Origin: Bryobacterales bacterium
GTDB lineage: Bacteria; Acidobacteriota; Terriglobia; Bryobacterales; Bryobacteraceae
Assembly: GCA_043785065.1 (NCBI GenBank)
Contig: JAYVXT010000108.1
Location: forward strand, 1-54,572
Length of the DNA: 54,572 nucleotides
Direction: 5' to 3'
Shown in pieces: positions 1-9,843 of the stretch. Under the pieces are notes generated by a model that saw nothing but the letters and a program-made list of their open reading frames with translations, ran no database searches and was not told the DNA's origin. Position 1 is the stretch's first letter. The number at the start of each line of letters is the position of its first letter. A program made the translations under genes and the position numbers.

Positions 1-116
1 GCTTTGTATAAGCCGAGTTTTTCTCCGATGATCATTGGGCCGATGCTCATCATCGCACCTAAATCTCCTACAAGTTTGCCCATGAAGGCCATGAGCTTAT
101 CCGGGTTGATTGCCAT
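1..116 (-). CDS. Class I SAM-dependent methyltransferase, N-terminal fragment (gene continues beyond the window edge)
   Basis: The minus-strand ATG at 114-116 is preceded by GGAGGT (complement of 123-128). Translation is MAINPDKLMAFMGKLVGDLGAMMSIGPMIIGEKLGLYKA. This resembles the N-terminal helical region I recall from a methyltransferase family (FMGK.V.D.GA...IGD+LGLY+A). The piece is too short for the ORF track. Confidence 0.5.
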   Translation of the reverse strand, partial: MAINPDKLMAFMGKLVGDLGAMMSIGPMIIGEKLGLYK

Positions 117-220
117 ATCGAACCTCCACTGAAAAGAATGTTAGCATGGCAAATCGCGGAACACCAGGGGTGGGAGATGCCAGCGATGCCAGAAAATTAA
201 TAATATTTAGTGACGCTAGA

Positions 221-247
221 GTGAAACGTCGTGCTGGTGAGTTTCAC
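221..247. repeat. Inverted repeat GTGAAAC-N13-GTTTCAC in the divergent promoter region upstream of the DyP gene (candidate operator)
   Basis: Arms at 221-227 and 241-247 are perfectly complementary. It lies 67 nt upstream of the 314 start codon. A regulatory function is inference only. Confidence 0.2.
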
Positions 248-313
248 CTTAACGTAGACCCTCCTTTCCCAATTGAAATGGCTTGAGAGAATAGCAGGTG
301 TCAAGGAGACTTT

Positions 314-1747
314 ATGGTTATCAATCTAACGAAACCGCTGGCTTGGAAAGCAGCATCCGTGGAAGAACAGAAAATGCTTCAGTGTCTGCAAGGCAACATT
401 CTGAAGGGTCACGGGCGAACAGAAACCGTGAACATTTTCTTCAAAATGGATCCGGCTAAGGCACTGCAAATGAAGAAAGTGTTGCGGGAATTGGCCACTT
501 ATCACATCACCACGGCGGACCGCCAACTGCGGGAATCGGAGGTGTTTCATCAGAATGGAACTCCTGGGTCAACCTTCGTTTCGGTGTTTCTCTCGGCTAC
601 AGGGTATGCGGCGCTGGGACTTACGGCGCAAGCTCCATCCACCGAACCGCAATTCTTCAAGGAAGGCATGCGAAACGCGGACAGCGTTAAAGCCGTAAGC
701 GACAAGCTAGCTGATTGGGATCCGAAATTCAACCAACAAATTGACGGCATGGTATTGGTTGGTGACAATGATCGCAGGCAGGTTCAGTTCAAACGGGACG
801 CAGTGGCGGTCCTGTTGAAGGAAGGCGGGGCGACCATTCTGCATGAGCAGATTGGCAGCGCGGTAAAGAATCACGCCAACGATGGCATTGAGCACTTTGG
901 CTATGTGGATGGGCGCAGCCAACCCCTGCTCTTAGTTGAGGACATTGAACGGGAAGCCACCACGGCCGGAACCGTACGATGGGATCCCGCGTTTAGCCTT
1001 GACGCGGCGCTGGTAAAGGACCCGGCGGCGACTGACACGATAAGTTTCGGCAGCTACTTCATCTTCCGTAAATTGGAACAGAACGTGCAAGGCTTCAAGC
1101 GGCAGGAACAAGTTCTTGCTACCACGCTAGACTTCGCGACCCCGGACGATCGCGAGTTAGCTGGAGCTTTAGTTGTCGGTCGTTTTGAAGACGGAACCCC
1201 CGTTACACTTTCCAATGAAGCTAAAGGCGCCAATCCCCCCAACGACTTTAACTATTCAAACGACGCTGCCGCCCTCCGATGTCCCTTCCATGCGCATATC
1301 CGCAAGGTAAATCCTCGCAATGATGTAGCCTCGGAACGCGCCCATATTATGCCCAGGCGAGGCATTCCCTTTACGGATGTTCCACGCAAAGTTCACCCGT
1401 CCGATTTGCCAGGTTCTAAAGATTTGGCGGATTTCGATGCAAACGTGAAGCCTGATCTTCCTGCGGGTGGAGTTGGGCTGCTGTTCATGGCTTACAATTC
1501 CAGCCTGACCAAGCAATTCGTTTTCACGCAAAAATCTTGGGCCAATGATAAAGATTTTCCCAACGCGGGTGTTGGCGCGGACCCGATCATCGGACAGGGC
1601 GCGGGGACATCCGTCGCGCAGACTTGGCCCGTAACTTGGGACGACCCGGCCACCGTAACAAAGACGCTTAACTTCGCGAATTTTGTGACGATGCGCGGAG
1701 GGGAATACTTCTTCGCGCCGAGTCTTACGTTCTTCAAGAACTTGTAA
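314..1747 (+). CDS. Dyp-type (dye-decolorizing) haem peroxidase
   Basis: 477-aa ORF. It has the GXXDG motif in HFGYVDGRSQP and a proximal-His region FHAHIRKVNPR. It also has the N-terminal QGNILKGHGR and C-terminal GGEYFFAPS typical of the DyP fold. A GGAG lies upstream of the ATG. Confidence 0.9.
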   Translation: MVINLTKPLAWKAASVEEQKMLQCLQGNILKGHGRTETVNIFFKMDPAKALQMKKVLRELATYHITTADRQLRESEVFHQNGTPGSTFVSVFLSATGYAALGLTAQAPSTEPQFFKEGMRNADSVKAVSDKLADWDPKFNQQIDGMVLVGDNDRRQVQFKRDAVAVLLKEGGATILHEQIGSAVKNHANDGIEHFGYVDGRSQPLLLVEDIEREATTAGTVRWDPAFSLDAALVKDPAATDTISFGSYFIFRKLEQNVQGFKRQEQVLATTLDFATPDDRELAGALVVGRFEDGTPVTLSNEAKGANPPNDFNYSNDAAALRCPFHAHIRKVNPRNDVASERAHIMPRRGIPFTDVPRKVHPSDLPGSKDLADFDANVKPDLPAGGVGLLFMAYNSSLTKQFVFTQKSWANDKDFPNAGVGADPIIGQGAGTSVAQTWPVTWDDPATVTKTLNFANFVTMRGGEYFFAPSLTFFKNL

Positions 1748-1992
1748 CCTCAACCTGCTTTGCGGGCTTCGGTCAATTGTAAGCCGGTACGTTGATGAGT
1801 GAATTGCTGCGTATCGGCTTCAGCTGCCTCGAAGCCGGAAATCGTAATGATGTAGCGGCCATTATCGCCGCGCTAGAATGTAGTTCTTCGCTTTGAGATA
1901 CCATAATGCCGCCAAGTCAGCGGCTTTGAAGTAGTCGTCTTGGAGCGGCGCGCCATTTGCAAGCTCGCCGCCTTTCTTCAAAACCGCAAAGA

Positions 1993-2409
1993 TTACGCCG
2001 GTAACTTGGCCGTGTGACGAGCCACCATCTGCCAGCCGTTACCCACCTTAACCCAAACCATCACGTAATCCAATTTGGTGGTTGTGGCCTTACCTGCGGC
2101 CATGTTGTGCGCATCCATGCTGCCATGCACCACGGCGGAGTTGCCGTACATTTGAACCGTCCAGCCTGGCTTCAGTTCAAAGTGGGGTTTGCCTTTCACA
2201 AGCGCGGCAATGCACTGCGCCTTATTCTCAATTGCGGCGCTGGAGTGGACATAGATAAGCCCGTCGCCCAGAAGAGTTTTGAGCATGGCTTCATCGCCAT
2301 TATGGGCTGCGTCAACAAACTTGTTTACGGAATCGCGAACGGCCATTTCACCGGGGTCGGCGGCAAGGGCGAACGCAGAGAGCGATAAGAGAAGAAAACC
2401 TGTTTTCAT
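1993..2409 (-). CDS. Exported SnoaL-like / DUF4440 (NTF2-fold) protein
   Basis: An internal ATG at 2407-2409 gives MKTGFLLLSLSAFALAADP, a signal peptide. The rest follows the NTF2/DUF4440 pattern (FVDAAHNGDEAMLKTLLGDGLIYVH...GNSAVVHG...VWVKVGNGWQMVARH). The longer track ORF (to 2604) would overlap the divergent gene. Confidence 0.75.
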   Translation of the reverse strand: MKTGFLLLSLSAFALAADPGEMAVRDSVNKFVDAAHNGDEAMLKTLLGDGLIYVHSSAAIENKAQCIAALVKGKPHFELKPGWTVQMYGNSAVVHGSMDAHNMAAGKATTTKLDYVMVWVKVGNGWQMVARHTAKLPA

Positions 2410-2461
2410 GGAAGTCCAGTGTATCAGGGATTGGGGAGTGATAGGGCGTAATAATAGAGAA

Positions 2462-4063
2462 GTGCGCAGATACGCTCTCTCCATTTTATTCTCGGTGGCC
2501 TCGGCGCAATCGCAGTTGCGTTTTGAAAATGCCGCCGAAGCCGCCGGATTGCGGTTTGTGCTGGAAAATTCTCCCACGCCGCAAAAACATATGGTGGAAA
2601 CCATGGCCGGCGGTGTTGCGGTGTTCGACTACAACGGCGATGGGCGGCCCGATATCTTCTTCACGAACGGAGCGGCGCTTCCCTCGCTTGAAAAGAATCA
2701 CGCCAAGTATAGTAACCGCTTGTTTCGCAACGACGGGAATTGGAAGTTTACCGACGTGACGCGCGAAGCGGGGTTGGAGGGCGCCGGCTATTCGATTGGC
2801 GCCGCTGTTGCCGACTTCGACAATGACGGGCATCCGGATCTTTTCGTGGCGGGAGCCTATCGAAACCTGCTGTATCGCAATCGCGGGAATGGGACCTTTG
2901 AAGAAATTACGGTGAAGGCCGGCATCAACTCGAAATTCTGGTCGGTCGCCGCCGGTTGGTTCGATTACGATGGGGACGGGCTGCTGGATCTGTTCGTGGT
3001 GAATTACGCGAAATGGACTCCGGCGTTTGACCGCTTCTGCGGCGATGCGGCGAAGGGATTGCGGGTTTACTGCCATCCGAAATACTTTCCGGCTGTGGCT
3101 AATCAGCTGTATCGCAATCTGGGCAACGGTAAGTTTGCGGAGGTGACGGCGCCTAGCGGCATTGGGGATCATGCGGGGCGTGGCATGTCGGTGGCCTTCG
3201 CCGATTACGATGGCGACGGGCGTCCCGATGCGCTTGTGACGAATGACAACCTGGCGAATTTTCTGTTTCGAAATATGGGTGGGGGCAAGTTTGAGGAAGT
3301 GGCATTGGCGGCGGGGGTGGCGCTGCTCGATCACGGAAAACCGGTGGCTAGCATGGGGGCCGATTTTCGCGACGTCAACAACGACGGGTTGCCTGACATA
3401 ATCATCACTGCTCTTAGTGGCGAAACTTTTCCTTTGTTCTTGAATGTAGGAAAGGGACAGTTTCGGGACGCAACCCATTCGTCGAAGCTGGCTTTGGCGA
3501 CGAATCCATTTGCGGGATGGGGCCTGGGATTGTTTGATTTCGACAACGATGGCTGGAAGGATTTGTTTACCGCCAACTCACATGTCAACGATCAAGTAGA
3601 GAAGGTGGAACCGTATGTTTACCTGCAGCAGAATGCTATATTCCGAAACGACAAGGGGTCGTTTGCATTGGCTGACGCGGGTTTTGCCGTTAAGGCAGCC
3701 CATAGAGGCGCGGCGTTCGGAGACTTCGATGGGGATGGACGAATAGATATTGTAGTTTCGGCGTTAGGCGGACCGGCCGAGTTATGGCGAAATTTGAGTG
3801 TTTCCAAGGGTGGATGGCTTGACGTGAAGTTAATTGGGCACAAGTCAAATCGCGATGGTATTGGGGCGACTGTGAGAGTTGGAGGACAGAGCAACAGCAT
3901 GACAAGTGCGGTGAGTTATGCATCGTCGAGTTTAGGACCGGTGCATTTTGGCGGGCTGGGGGAAGTTGTTGATGTGGAAGTTGTATGGCCTACGGGGAAG
4001 ATCCGGAAAGTTGCGGGAGTGAGGACAGGGCAAGTGGTCTCAGTTGAAGAAATAGCTAAATAA
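2462..4063 (+). CDS. CRTAC1-family protein (FG-GAP/VCBS repeats plus C-terminal ASPIC/UnbV domain), secreted
   Basis: Repeated FDYNGDGRPDIF / FDNDGHPDLF / FDYDGDGLLDLF / YDGDGRPDAL / NNDGLPDII / FDNDGWKDLF / FDGDGRIDIV calcium-binding FG-GAP motifs. The C-terminus NRDGIGATVRV...GPVHFGGLG...VVWPTGK is ASPIC/UnbV-like. I placed the start at in-frame GTG 2462 (VRRYALSILFSVASAQSQ, a signal peptide). The exact start is uncertain. Confidence 0.85.
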   Translation: MRRYALSILFSVASAQSQLRFENAAEAAGLRFVLENSPTPQKHMVETMAGGVAVFDYNGDGRPDIFFTNGAALPSLEKNHAKYSNRLFRNDGNWKFTDVTREAGLEGAGYSIGAAVADFDNDGHPDLFVAGAYRNLLYRNRGNGTFEEITVKAGINSKFWSVAAGWFDYDGDGLLDLFVVNYAKWTPAFDRFCGDAAKGLRVYCHPKYFPAVANQLYRNLGNGKFAEVTAPSGIGDHAGRGMSVAFADYDGDGRPDALVTNDNLANFLFRNMGGGKFEEVALAAGVALLDHGKPVASMGADFRDVNNDGLPDIIITALSGETFPLFLNVGKGQFRDATHSSKLALATNPFAGWGLGLFDFDNDGWKDLFTANSHVNDQVEKVEPYVYLQQNAIFRNDKGSFALADAGFAVKAAHRGAAFGDFDGDGRIDIVVSALGGPAELWRNLSVSKGGWLDVKLIGHKSNRDGIGATVRVGGQSNSMTSAVSYASSSLGPVHFGGLGEVVDVEVVWPTGKIRKVAGVRTGQVVSVEEIAK

Positions 4064-4368
4064 TTATGGTAGAGGCTGTTGCAAAATTCGGTCACCCGGC
4101 AAGTTTGAGCACCACAGCCAGCACACGAAGTTCGGAAAGCGAATCGAATGAACGCGAGTTTTTTGAGCCGCGACCGTTAGGGAGTCGATTTTGGGAATTT
4201 TGCAAGAGCCCCGGTAGTTTATATTTTTAATATATGGATACGGAACGGCTGAAGAAAAAGCCGGGCAAGAAGATGGCGGCTTGTCTCCGTGGGGGGCTTT
4301 GGTTCTAACTTTGGAGCAAACCGCGCAGTACGCGAGCAGCGTTTGCGGCGGGACCGGGACATCCACGA

Positions 4369-5838
4369 TCATATCTTCGGTGGAGTAATCTCGCCAGTCT
4401 GTTCCGCTTCTTCGCCGAGCTTGCGAAGCTCCTGACTCTTCTTAAGAAGTTCGGCATTACGTTCGGTTTTGCCTTGAGCCGCGAGAGCGCGGCTCAACTG
4501 AAAGTGCAGGCTGCCGTCGCGGTCCACGGGCAGCGCGGCTTCAAGGTGCGGGGCGGCTTCCGCCGCGCGGCTGACCGACATCAGCGCGCGGCCTAGAGAG
4601 GCCCGAACAGGTAGCACATGGGGAGCAATGGCAGCGGCTTTTTCTAATGGCGCAAGCGCCTCTTCCATTTTTTGTTGGCCCACCAGCGCGTCACCTAACA
4701 ACCACAAAAGTTCCGCTTGCCCGGGAGATTTTTCCAACATTGCACGCAGATTGATTTCAGCCGGGGCGAACTCCTTGTTGGCCAGCAACGTGGCGCAGAG
4801 TTCTTTAGCCACGTTTGTGTCATTGGGGCGTTGTTCAAGCGCGGCGCGCCATTCGGCAATCGACTCGGCGTTCTTTCCTTGGCTTCGGTAAAGGCCCGCT
4901 AAGAATTCGTGCCACTCCGGCGAGCCCTCGAATTTACTGAGGCGGGAGAACGATTCGCGGGCCAGTTCGTTGTAAGCCTTTGAGCGCCAGTAGAGTGTTT
5001 CCGGCGTATCGCCCGTGGATTCCGCGGCTGCTTGAAAGCGTTTGGAGCGGAAGTGGCACTCTGGCGTTGGTTTGGCGCATGGAGTTGATGCTGGAGCCTT
5101 TTTGCGTTCGATAGCGGCCCAATCGGCGTGGCCCGTTTTGTCGTAGATTACGGCTATACTTTCACGCCAATCGGGGCGATCTGTTTTGGCCAATGCTTCG
5201 CGATACAAGCTTAGCGCGGAGCGCAATTGCTGCTGCTTGAAGCGAGTCTCAGCCACCAGCGCTAACCAATATGCGGAGCCTTGCGCCTTCTGATCCAGCT
5301 TCAGGTAGGCTTCTTCGGCCAAGGCTTCATAGGCCCGGCCCAGCTCCAGCCAGCCGCGAGGTTCGGTGGGCTTGGCCTTGGTCAAAGTGCGCCAGGCTAG
5401 AGCGGCGGCGGCGGGGCGCTCGGCGGTCATGGCGGCTTCGGCCAACATGGCGTTCAGTTCCAGATCGGCGGGCATGGCTTTCACGGCGCGCTCCAGAAAA
5501 TGGACGGCTTTGGCTGCGTTGCCCAGTCTTAAATAAGAGATGCCGCACATGGCTAGCGCGGGTGGAATGGATTGGGTTTTTAAAAGCGGTTCGAGCGTTG
5601 CGATGGCGTCCTGATCGCGCCCCGCCATATGTTGGGCCATGCCTAAGTTCGTGCGCAGACCGGTGTTGGCGGGCATAGCCTTGGTTAGTTCTTCGTAGAC
5701 GGAAACCGCTTCGGCGAACTTGCCTTGCGCCATGAGTTGCTTGGCTTGTTGCGATTTCAGGGCAAGTGGATCCTGCCCAAAACACGCGGCCTGAAATAGA
5801 AAAAGGGCGGCTCCTGATAAGAGCCGCCCTAGTTTCAT
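4369..5838 (-). CDS. Secreted tetratricopeptide-repeat (TPR) protein
   Basis: Start at ATG 5836-5838 gives MKLGRLLSGAALFLFQAACFGQ, a signal peptide. Multiple TPR-like A/L/Y-rich helical repeats follow (e.g. AEAVSVYEELTKAMP, GNAAKAVHFLERAVKAMP, WLELGRAYEALAE). It begins 13 nt downstream of the upstream receptor gene, so it is probably co-transcribed. Confidence 0.8.
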   Translation of the reverse strand: MKLGRLLSGAALFLFQAACFGQDPLALKSQQAKQLMAQGKFAEAVSVYEELTKAMPANTGLRTNLGMAQHMAGRDQDAIATLEPLLKTQSIPPALAMCGISYLRLGNAAKAVHFLERAVKAMPADLELNAMLAEAAMTAERPAAAALAWRTLTKAKPTEPRGWLELGRAYEALAEEAYLKLDQKAQGSAYWLALVAETRFKQQQLRSALSLYREALAKTDRPDWRESIAVIYDKTGHADWAAIERKKAPASTPCAKPTPECHFRSKRFQAAAESTGDTPETLYWRSKAYNELARESFSRLSKFEGSPEWHEFLAGLYRSQGKNAESIAEWRAALEQRPNDTNVAKELCATLLANKEFAPAEINLRAMLEKSPGQAELLWLLGDALVGQQKMEEALAPLEKAAAIAPHVLPVRASLGRALMSVSRAAEAAPHLEAALPVDRDGSLHFQLSRALAAQGKTERNAELLKKSQELRKLGEEAEQTGEITPPKI

Positions 5839-5851
5839 TGTGATCACTTCT

Positions 5852-8800
5852 CTAGAATTGCACACGCAGGCCGAAGCGTGCTTGGCGTTCGCCGAACGAA
5901 CTGCGAACGCTTAAGAAGTTGTTTCCAAGATTGGCGACGCTGGTGCTAGCCATACCTCCGAAGTGGGACGTATTGGGGAAGTTGGTTGCTTCTCCGCGGA
6001 ACTCGATCTTGATCCTTTCGGTGACGACGAACGTTCTGTTGAGCGAAAGATCCGTGTTCCAGACGCCTGGGTTGCGGAGGATGTTGCGGCCGGTGGAGCC
6101 GAAGCGCGTTGTGGTGACGGGGGCGAAGGCCGATGCGTCATACCAGAATGTGCCGGGGCCAACTTGTGATAGCCGTACAACTTCGGGCTTCACTTGGTCA
6201 GCGGTTTGTGCGTTGCCCCCACCGATGTTAAGCGAAGTGCCGGAAGCGCCGACCGTGAACGGAGTACCGGTGTAAGCGGCCATGATGCCGCCAACCGACC
6301 ATCCGCCAACAATATATGCCGCCGGTCCGCTTGAAGCCCATGACTTTCCCTTGCCGAACGGAAGTTCATAAACCCATCCGACGTTGAAAATGTGAGTACG
6401 ATCATATCCTGCTAGTGCTCGGTTGCGGTTGAATACTGGAGCCCAGTTCCAACCCACCCCGGCCCAGCCGTCTTCGTCGGTCATGTTAATGGCCTTTGAC
6501 CAGGTGTAGGAGCCCTGAATCATCAGGCCTTGAGAGAACTGCTTGCGGAAGCTGTTTTGCAAGGAGTGATAGTTAGAGCTGAGGTAACCATCCCACATGT
6601 TGGTGGCGATTTGGCGCCCGAACTTTGCGTTGTACGGACGGCCGGCGTTTCCGAGGCCCGGGGATGAGGAGTTAATGTCCAGATCCGCTAGTTGGTGAAC
6701 AGTCTGCGTGCCAACGTAGGCCAGCGTAACGATGACAGATTGGGGCAAGCGGCGTTCAAAAGTGGCGTTCCACGATTGCACGTAGCCACGATGAATCTGA
6801 CCTAGGTTGGGGCTACGCATATCAGCAACGGCCGGAAGGTTGACGATGCCGGTTGAAAGATCCGGACCCTGCACATCGGGAATGCCTTGGGCCAAAGTCC
6901 GTATTGTCGCGTAGGCGTTAGGCGCATCGAAGTTGAAGTTCACGGTTAGGGGATAGAATCCTCGCAATGGGCGAGAGAATGGAAGCGGATCGAAGTTGAT
7001 GCCATAACCCATGCGAAACACGGACTTTTCATCAATGCGATAAGCCAAACCGATCTTCGGAGCAAACAGCTTGTGGCTTACGGTGACGCCGCAATCCTTC
7101 GGCTGATTGCCGCGGCCACCGAGGCAAACTTGGTTGGTCAACGGTTCAAGCCGTTCAATACCCTTGCCCGTGGCGCGGGTCATCAGAGGATAGAGTTCGT
7201 AGCGCAGGCCAAGGTTTAAAGTAAGTTTGCGCGTCACCTGCCAACGATCTTGGGCATACCAGCCAAACTGGAATTCGCGAGGAGTCATCAGGATGTACTG
7301 GATGCTCTTCTGCACATTGTTCGATTCGCCAAGAAGGAAGGCTGCATAGGCATTGAAGTTGTTGGCGCTTGGTCCACCGTTTAGAGCGGTTGGTCCACCA
7401 GAAAAGTCAATGGCGCCACGCGGACCTGCGCCCAACTCAGGCTGATAGTGCGTCATACGGTGGTTGACGCCGTCAAAGCCGAAGCGGAATAGGTGGGCGC
7501 CTTTCGTGTAGCTCAAGTTGTGGCTGGTGGTGTAGCTTTCCTCGACACGGTTCAAAGGCATCCAACCAGGGACGCCAAAGCCGTTGTATCCACTAATACT
7601 GATATTGGGGAAGCCCGAAGCCATGATATCGTTGGGATTATTGATGCCGGGAATTCCCAGAATCTGGCTGTAGTTCTTGCCGAAGTCAACGCCGCGAACC
7701 GTTTGATCCTGGCGTTGATAACCGAACACGCCGTCGAGCAACAAGTTCGGGCCCAAGGTGTAGTTGTGGCCGGCGGACATGTTTTGAACGCGGGTATCGC
7801 CAGTACCGGGATCGGCACCGGGCGATGGTCCAACACCGTCACCGAAAATCGCTTTACCGGAGACGAGCGCCTTCATGATTCCATAGTGGCCCCATACCTG
7901 CGACTTTTCATTGCGGGTCCAGTTGATCTTCACATCGTTGTAATCGCGATGGAAGAGTGGGCCGCCGGTGGCATCAAGGTTACTATTAACTCCGGCCTTG
8001 TTTGGGTTTGGATAGTTGGCCTGAATTTTTTGGGCGGCCGAGCTGATGCGGCTGGTAGGAATCATATTTCCAGGGAACGCTTGCCTGCCTACGCCGTTAG
8101 CGGCGCCAGTGGCAGGATCGTAGATGGTTGTGCCGGTGGTTGCAAAGTTACCTCCGCGAATATCGGCGGTAGGCACGGAGTAGGTTCCGAATGCGCCGTC
8201 GCGCTGACGGGTGCCATCGAAGCTGTAAAAGAAAAATAGCTTGTTCTTCTTGATTGGTCCGCCGATTGTTGCGCCGTAATTGTTGTAGGTGCGGATCGGC
8301 TTCACCGGCGAAAAAAAGTTGCGGGCCTTCAAGTGATCGTTATCGTGGAACTCAAAAGCGCTGCCGTGAAATTGATTGGTGCCGCTCTTGGTGACCAGTG
8401 TGATTGAGGCGCCGCCGGCCATACCCTGCTCGGCGTCGCCCGCGGAGGTGGTGACGTTGACGGTGGAAACCATTTCGGCGGGCATAACGTAGCCGGTGTG
8501 GTGGGGCAGCCAAAGGTTCACCGAGGCGGCGCCATCGATACGGGTCATGTTGTTGTTGGCGTTTGTGCCGTTGATGTTGGTGCGCAACGAACGGCCTGGC
8601 GAATCTGTAACCGAATTCTGGAAAGACGACGGGGTCGCGCCAGGGACGAGGTTAATCAAGCTTTGATAGTTGCGGTAACCCGGCAACGGTAAGCTGGAAA
8701 TTTGTTGGGCATTCAATTCGGTATGCGTGTCAGCCTTGTCGGTCTGCAGTGTCGTGGCTTGTGCTTCAACAGTGATCGTGTCGGAAGTGGAGCCCACTTC

Positions 8801-9133
8801 CAGACGGGCGTTTTGCCGGGTGACCGTGTTAGCGGTTATGCCCAGGTTACGATAGGTTTCAGTCTTAAAACCGGCGTTGGTGACTTTAAGATCGTAGCTG
8901 CCAGGAAGAACGTTGGAGATCAGATAACGACCGCCTTCGTCTGTCTTGGCTTCGTAAGTTTGGCCTGTACCCTTATTCGTTAAGGAGACGGTAGCGTTCG
9001 GAATCAACCCGCCCGATGCATCTTCAAGCACGCCGATTACTGAACCGTAAAGGACTTGGGCAACCGCTGGGGTTGTCCAACAAATCATCATGGCAAGCGC
9101 CACGATGGGGAAAGATATTTTTCTTAGATTCAT
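5852..9133 (-). CDS. TonB-dependent-receptor-like outer-membrane protein with N-terminal carboxypeptidase-regulatory-like domain
   Basis: Start at ATG 9131-9133 gives MNLRKISFPIVALAMMICWTTPAVAQ, a signal peptide. The CarboxypepD_reg-like module is GVLEDASGGLIPNATVSLTNKGTGQTYEAKTDEGGRYLISNVLPGSYDLKV. About 1000 aa of beta-barrel-type sequence follow, ending in the terminal aromatic ...GLRVQF. Confidence 0.85.
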   Translation of the reverse strand: MNLRKISFPIVALAMMICWTTPAVAQVLYGSVIGVLEDASGGLIPNATVSLTNKGTGQTYEAKTDEGGRYLISNVLPGSYDLKVTNAGFKTETYRNLGITANTVTRQNARLEVGSTSDTITVEAQATTLQTDKADTHTELNAQQISSLPLPGYRNYQSLINLVPGATPSSFQNSVTDSPGRSLRTNINGTNANNNMTRIDGAASVNLWLPHHTGYVMPAEMVSTVNVTTSAGDAEQGMAGGASITLVTKSGTNQFHGSAFEFHDNDHLKARNFFSPVKPIRTYNNYGATIGGPIKKNKLFFFYSFDGTRQRDGAFGTYSVPTADIRGGNFATTGTTIYDPATGAANGVGRQAFPGNMIPTSRISSAAQKIQANYPNPNKAGVNSNLDATGGPLFHRDYNDVKINWTRNEKSQVWGHYGIMKALVSGKAIFGDGVGPSPGADPGTGDTRVQNMSAGHNYTLGPNLLLDGVFGYQRQDQTVRGVDFGKNYSQILGIPGINNPNDIMASGFPNISISGYNGFGVPGWMPLNRVEESYTTSHNLSYTKGAHLFRFGFDGVNHRMTHYQPELGAGPRGAIDFSGGPTALNGGPSANNFNAYAAFLLGESNNVQKSIQYILMTPREFQFGWYAQDRWQVTRKLTLNLGLRYELYPLMTRATGKGIERLEPLTNQVCLGGRGNQPKDCGVTVSHKLFAPKIGLAYRIDEKSVFRMGYGINFDPLPFSRPLRGFYPLTVNFNFDAPNAYATIRTLAQGIPDVQGPDLSTGIVNLPAVADMRSPNLGQIHRGYVQSWNATFERRLPQSVIVTLAYVGTQTVHQLADLDINSSSPGLGNAGRPYNAKFGRQIATNMWDGYLSSNYHSLQNSFRKQFSQGLMIQGSYTWSKAINMTDEDGWAGVGWNWAPVFNRNRALAGYDRTHIFNVGWVYELPFGKGKSWASSGPAAYIVGGWSVGGIMAAYTGTPFTVGASGTSLNIGGGNAQTADQVKPEVVRLSQVGPGTFWYDASAFAPVTTTRFGSTGRNILRNPGVWNTDLSLNRTFVVTERIKIEFRGEATNFPNTSHFGGMASTSVANLGNNFLSVRSSFGERQARFGLRVQF

Positions 9134-9174
9134 TTTGAAACTCCCCGAAGCTTTTATTCGTCTAATCAACTTGG

Positions 9175-9203
9175 TAGCTTTCGCCTATCGATTGGCAAAG
9201 CTA
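9175..9203. repeat. Imperfect inverted repeat TAGCTTTCGCC-N8-GGCAAAGCTA upstream of the receptor gene (candidate operator)
   Basis: The arms at 9175-9185 and 9194-9203 are complementary apart from one bulged C. It lies 42 nt upstream of the 9133 start codon. Function is inferred only. Confidence 0.25.
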
Positions 9204-9329
9204 TTTATTTAAGCTAGAGAATTTACTTCTGCAAGTCAAGGGGGTGCTAGCTTCCTCTGGTCGGCTGGGAAGTTGAAACTCACCTAACTGCAGTTTCCGA
9301 TTCCTTAGCCAATCAGGCCAGGGGGCCCG

Positions 9330-9720
9330 ATCACAGACAATGGTCGACTCCACTTTTTCACATAAGCATCCCCTGCTGATGTAGCGGGGGGATGTCTCGT
9401 AATTAATCGATGGAATGGGACGTTTGATTTAAGGACATTGTCGTGAATGCTGGCGTCAATTCAAAGCTCTGGTTGGTAACTGCAAGGTTGGCCGATTACG
9501 GGTTGCTAGACCTGTTCTTACTGAATTCCGCGAAGTGGACTCCGGCGTTTGACCGCCTTCAGCGAAGATGCGGCGATACTTCCGCCAATGGCAATCAGCT
9601 ATGCCGCAAGTTTGCCGATTATTATGGAGACATGCCCGGCCGTCTTTTTATCCCCCCGTTGTGTCTGGGTCAGATGGGGATTCACCGATCGTTTCGAGAA
9701 ATCATCTACAGCCTCGTGAG
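9330..9720 (+). pseudogene. Decayed, internally deleted fragment of a CRTAC1/FG-GAP gene, paralogous to 2462-4063
   Basis: DNA at 9412-9650 aligns by eye with 2885-3235 of the intact gene. Examples: GCGAAGTGGACTCCGGCGTTTGACCGCCTT vs GCGAAATGGACTCCGGCGTTTGACCGCTTC, and GGAATGGGACGTTTGA vs GGAATGGGACCTTTGA. The relic translates as NSKLWLVTARLADYGLLDLFLLNSAKWTPAFDRL versus NSKFWSVAAGWFDYDGDGLLDLFVVNYAKWTPAFDRF. The Asp-rich motifs are lost and there are deletions and stops. The boundaries are approximate. Confidence 0.6.
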
Positions 9721-9843
9721 CAACTTGCCTCTCGCCAAAAACCCTTACCCCGTGCACCCACATGCCAATATCAAATCGAAGAAGAATAAAGGGTAGTCCA
9801 CTTCCTACCAAGCAGTCCGCCTAATCCATAGCAAAGAGGGCCC

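Noticed and set aside
2279-2461. 61-aa N-terminal extension of the CRTAC1 ORF (track start 2279) and the alternative ATG at 2408.
   Set aside because: It would overlap the divergently transcribed SnoaL-like gene. ATG 2408 shares 2 nt with that gene's start codon. The GTG at 2462 gives a plausible signal peptide instead.
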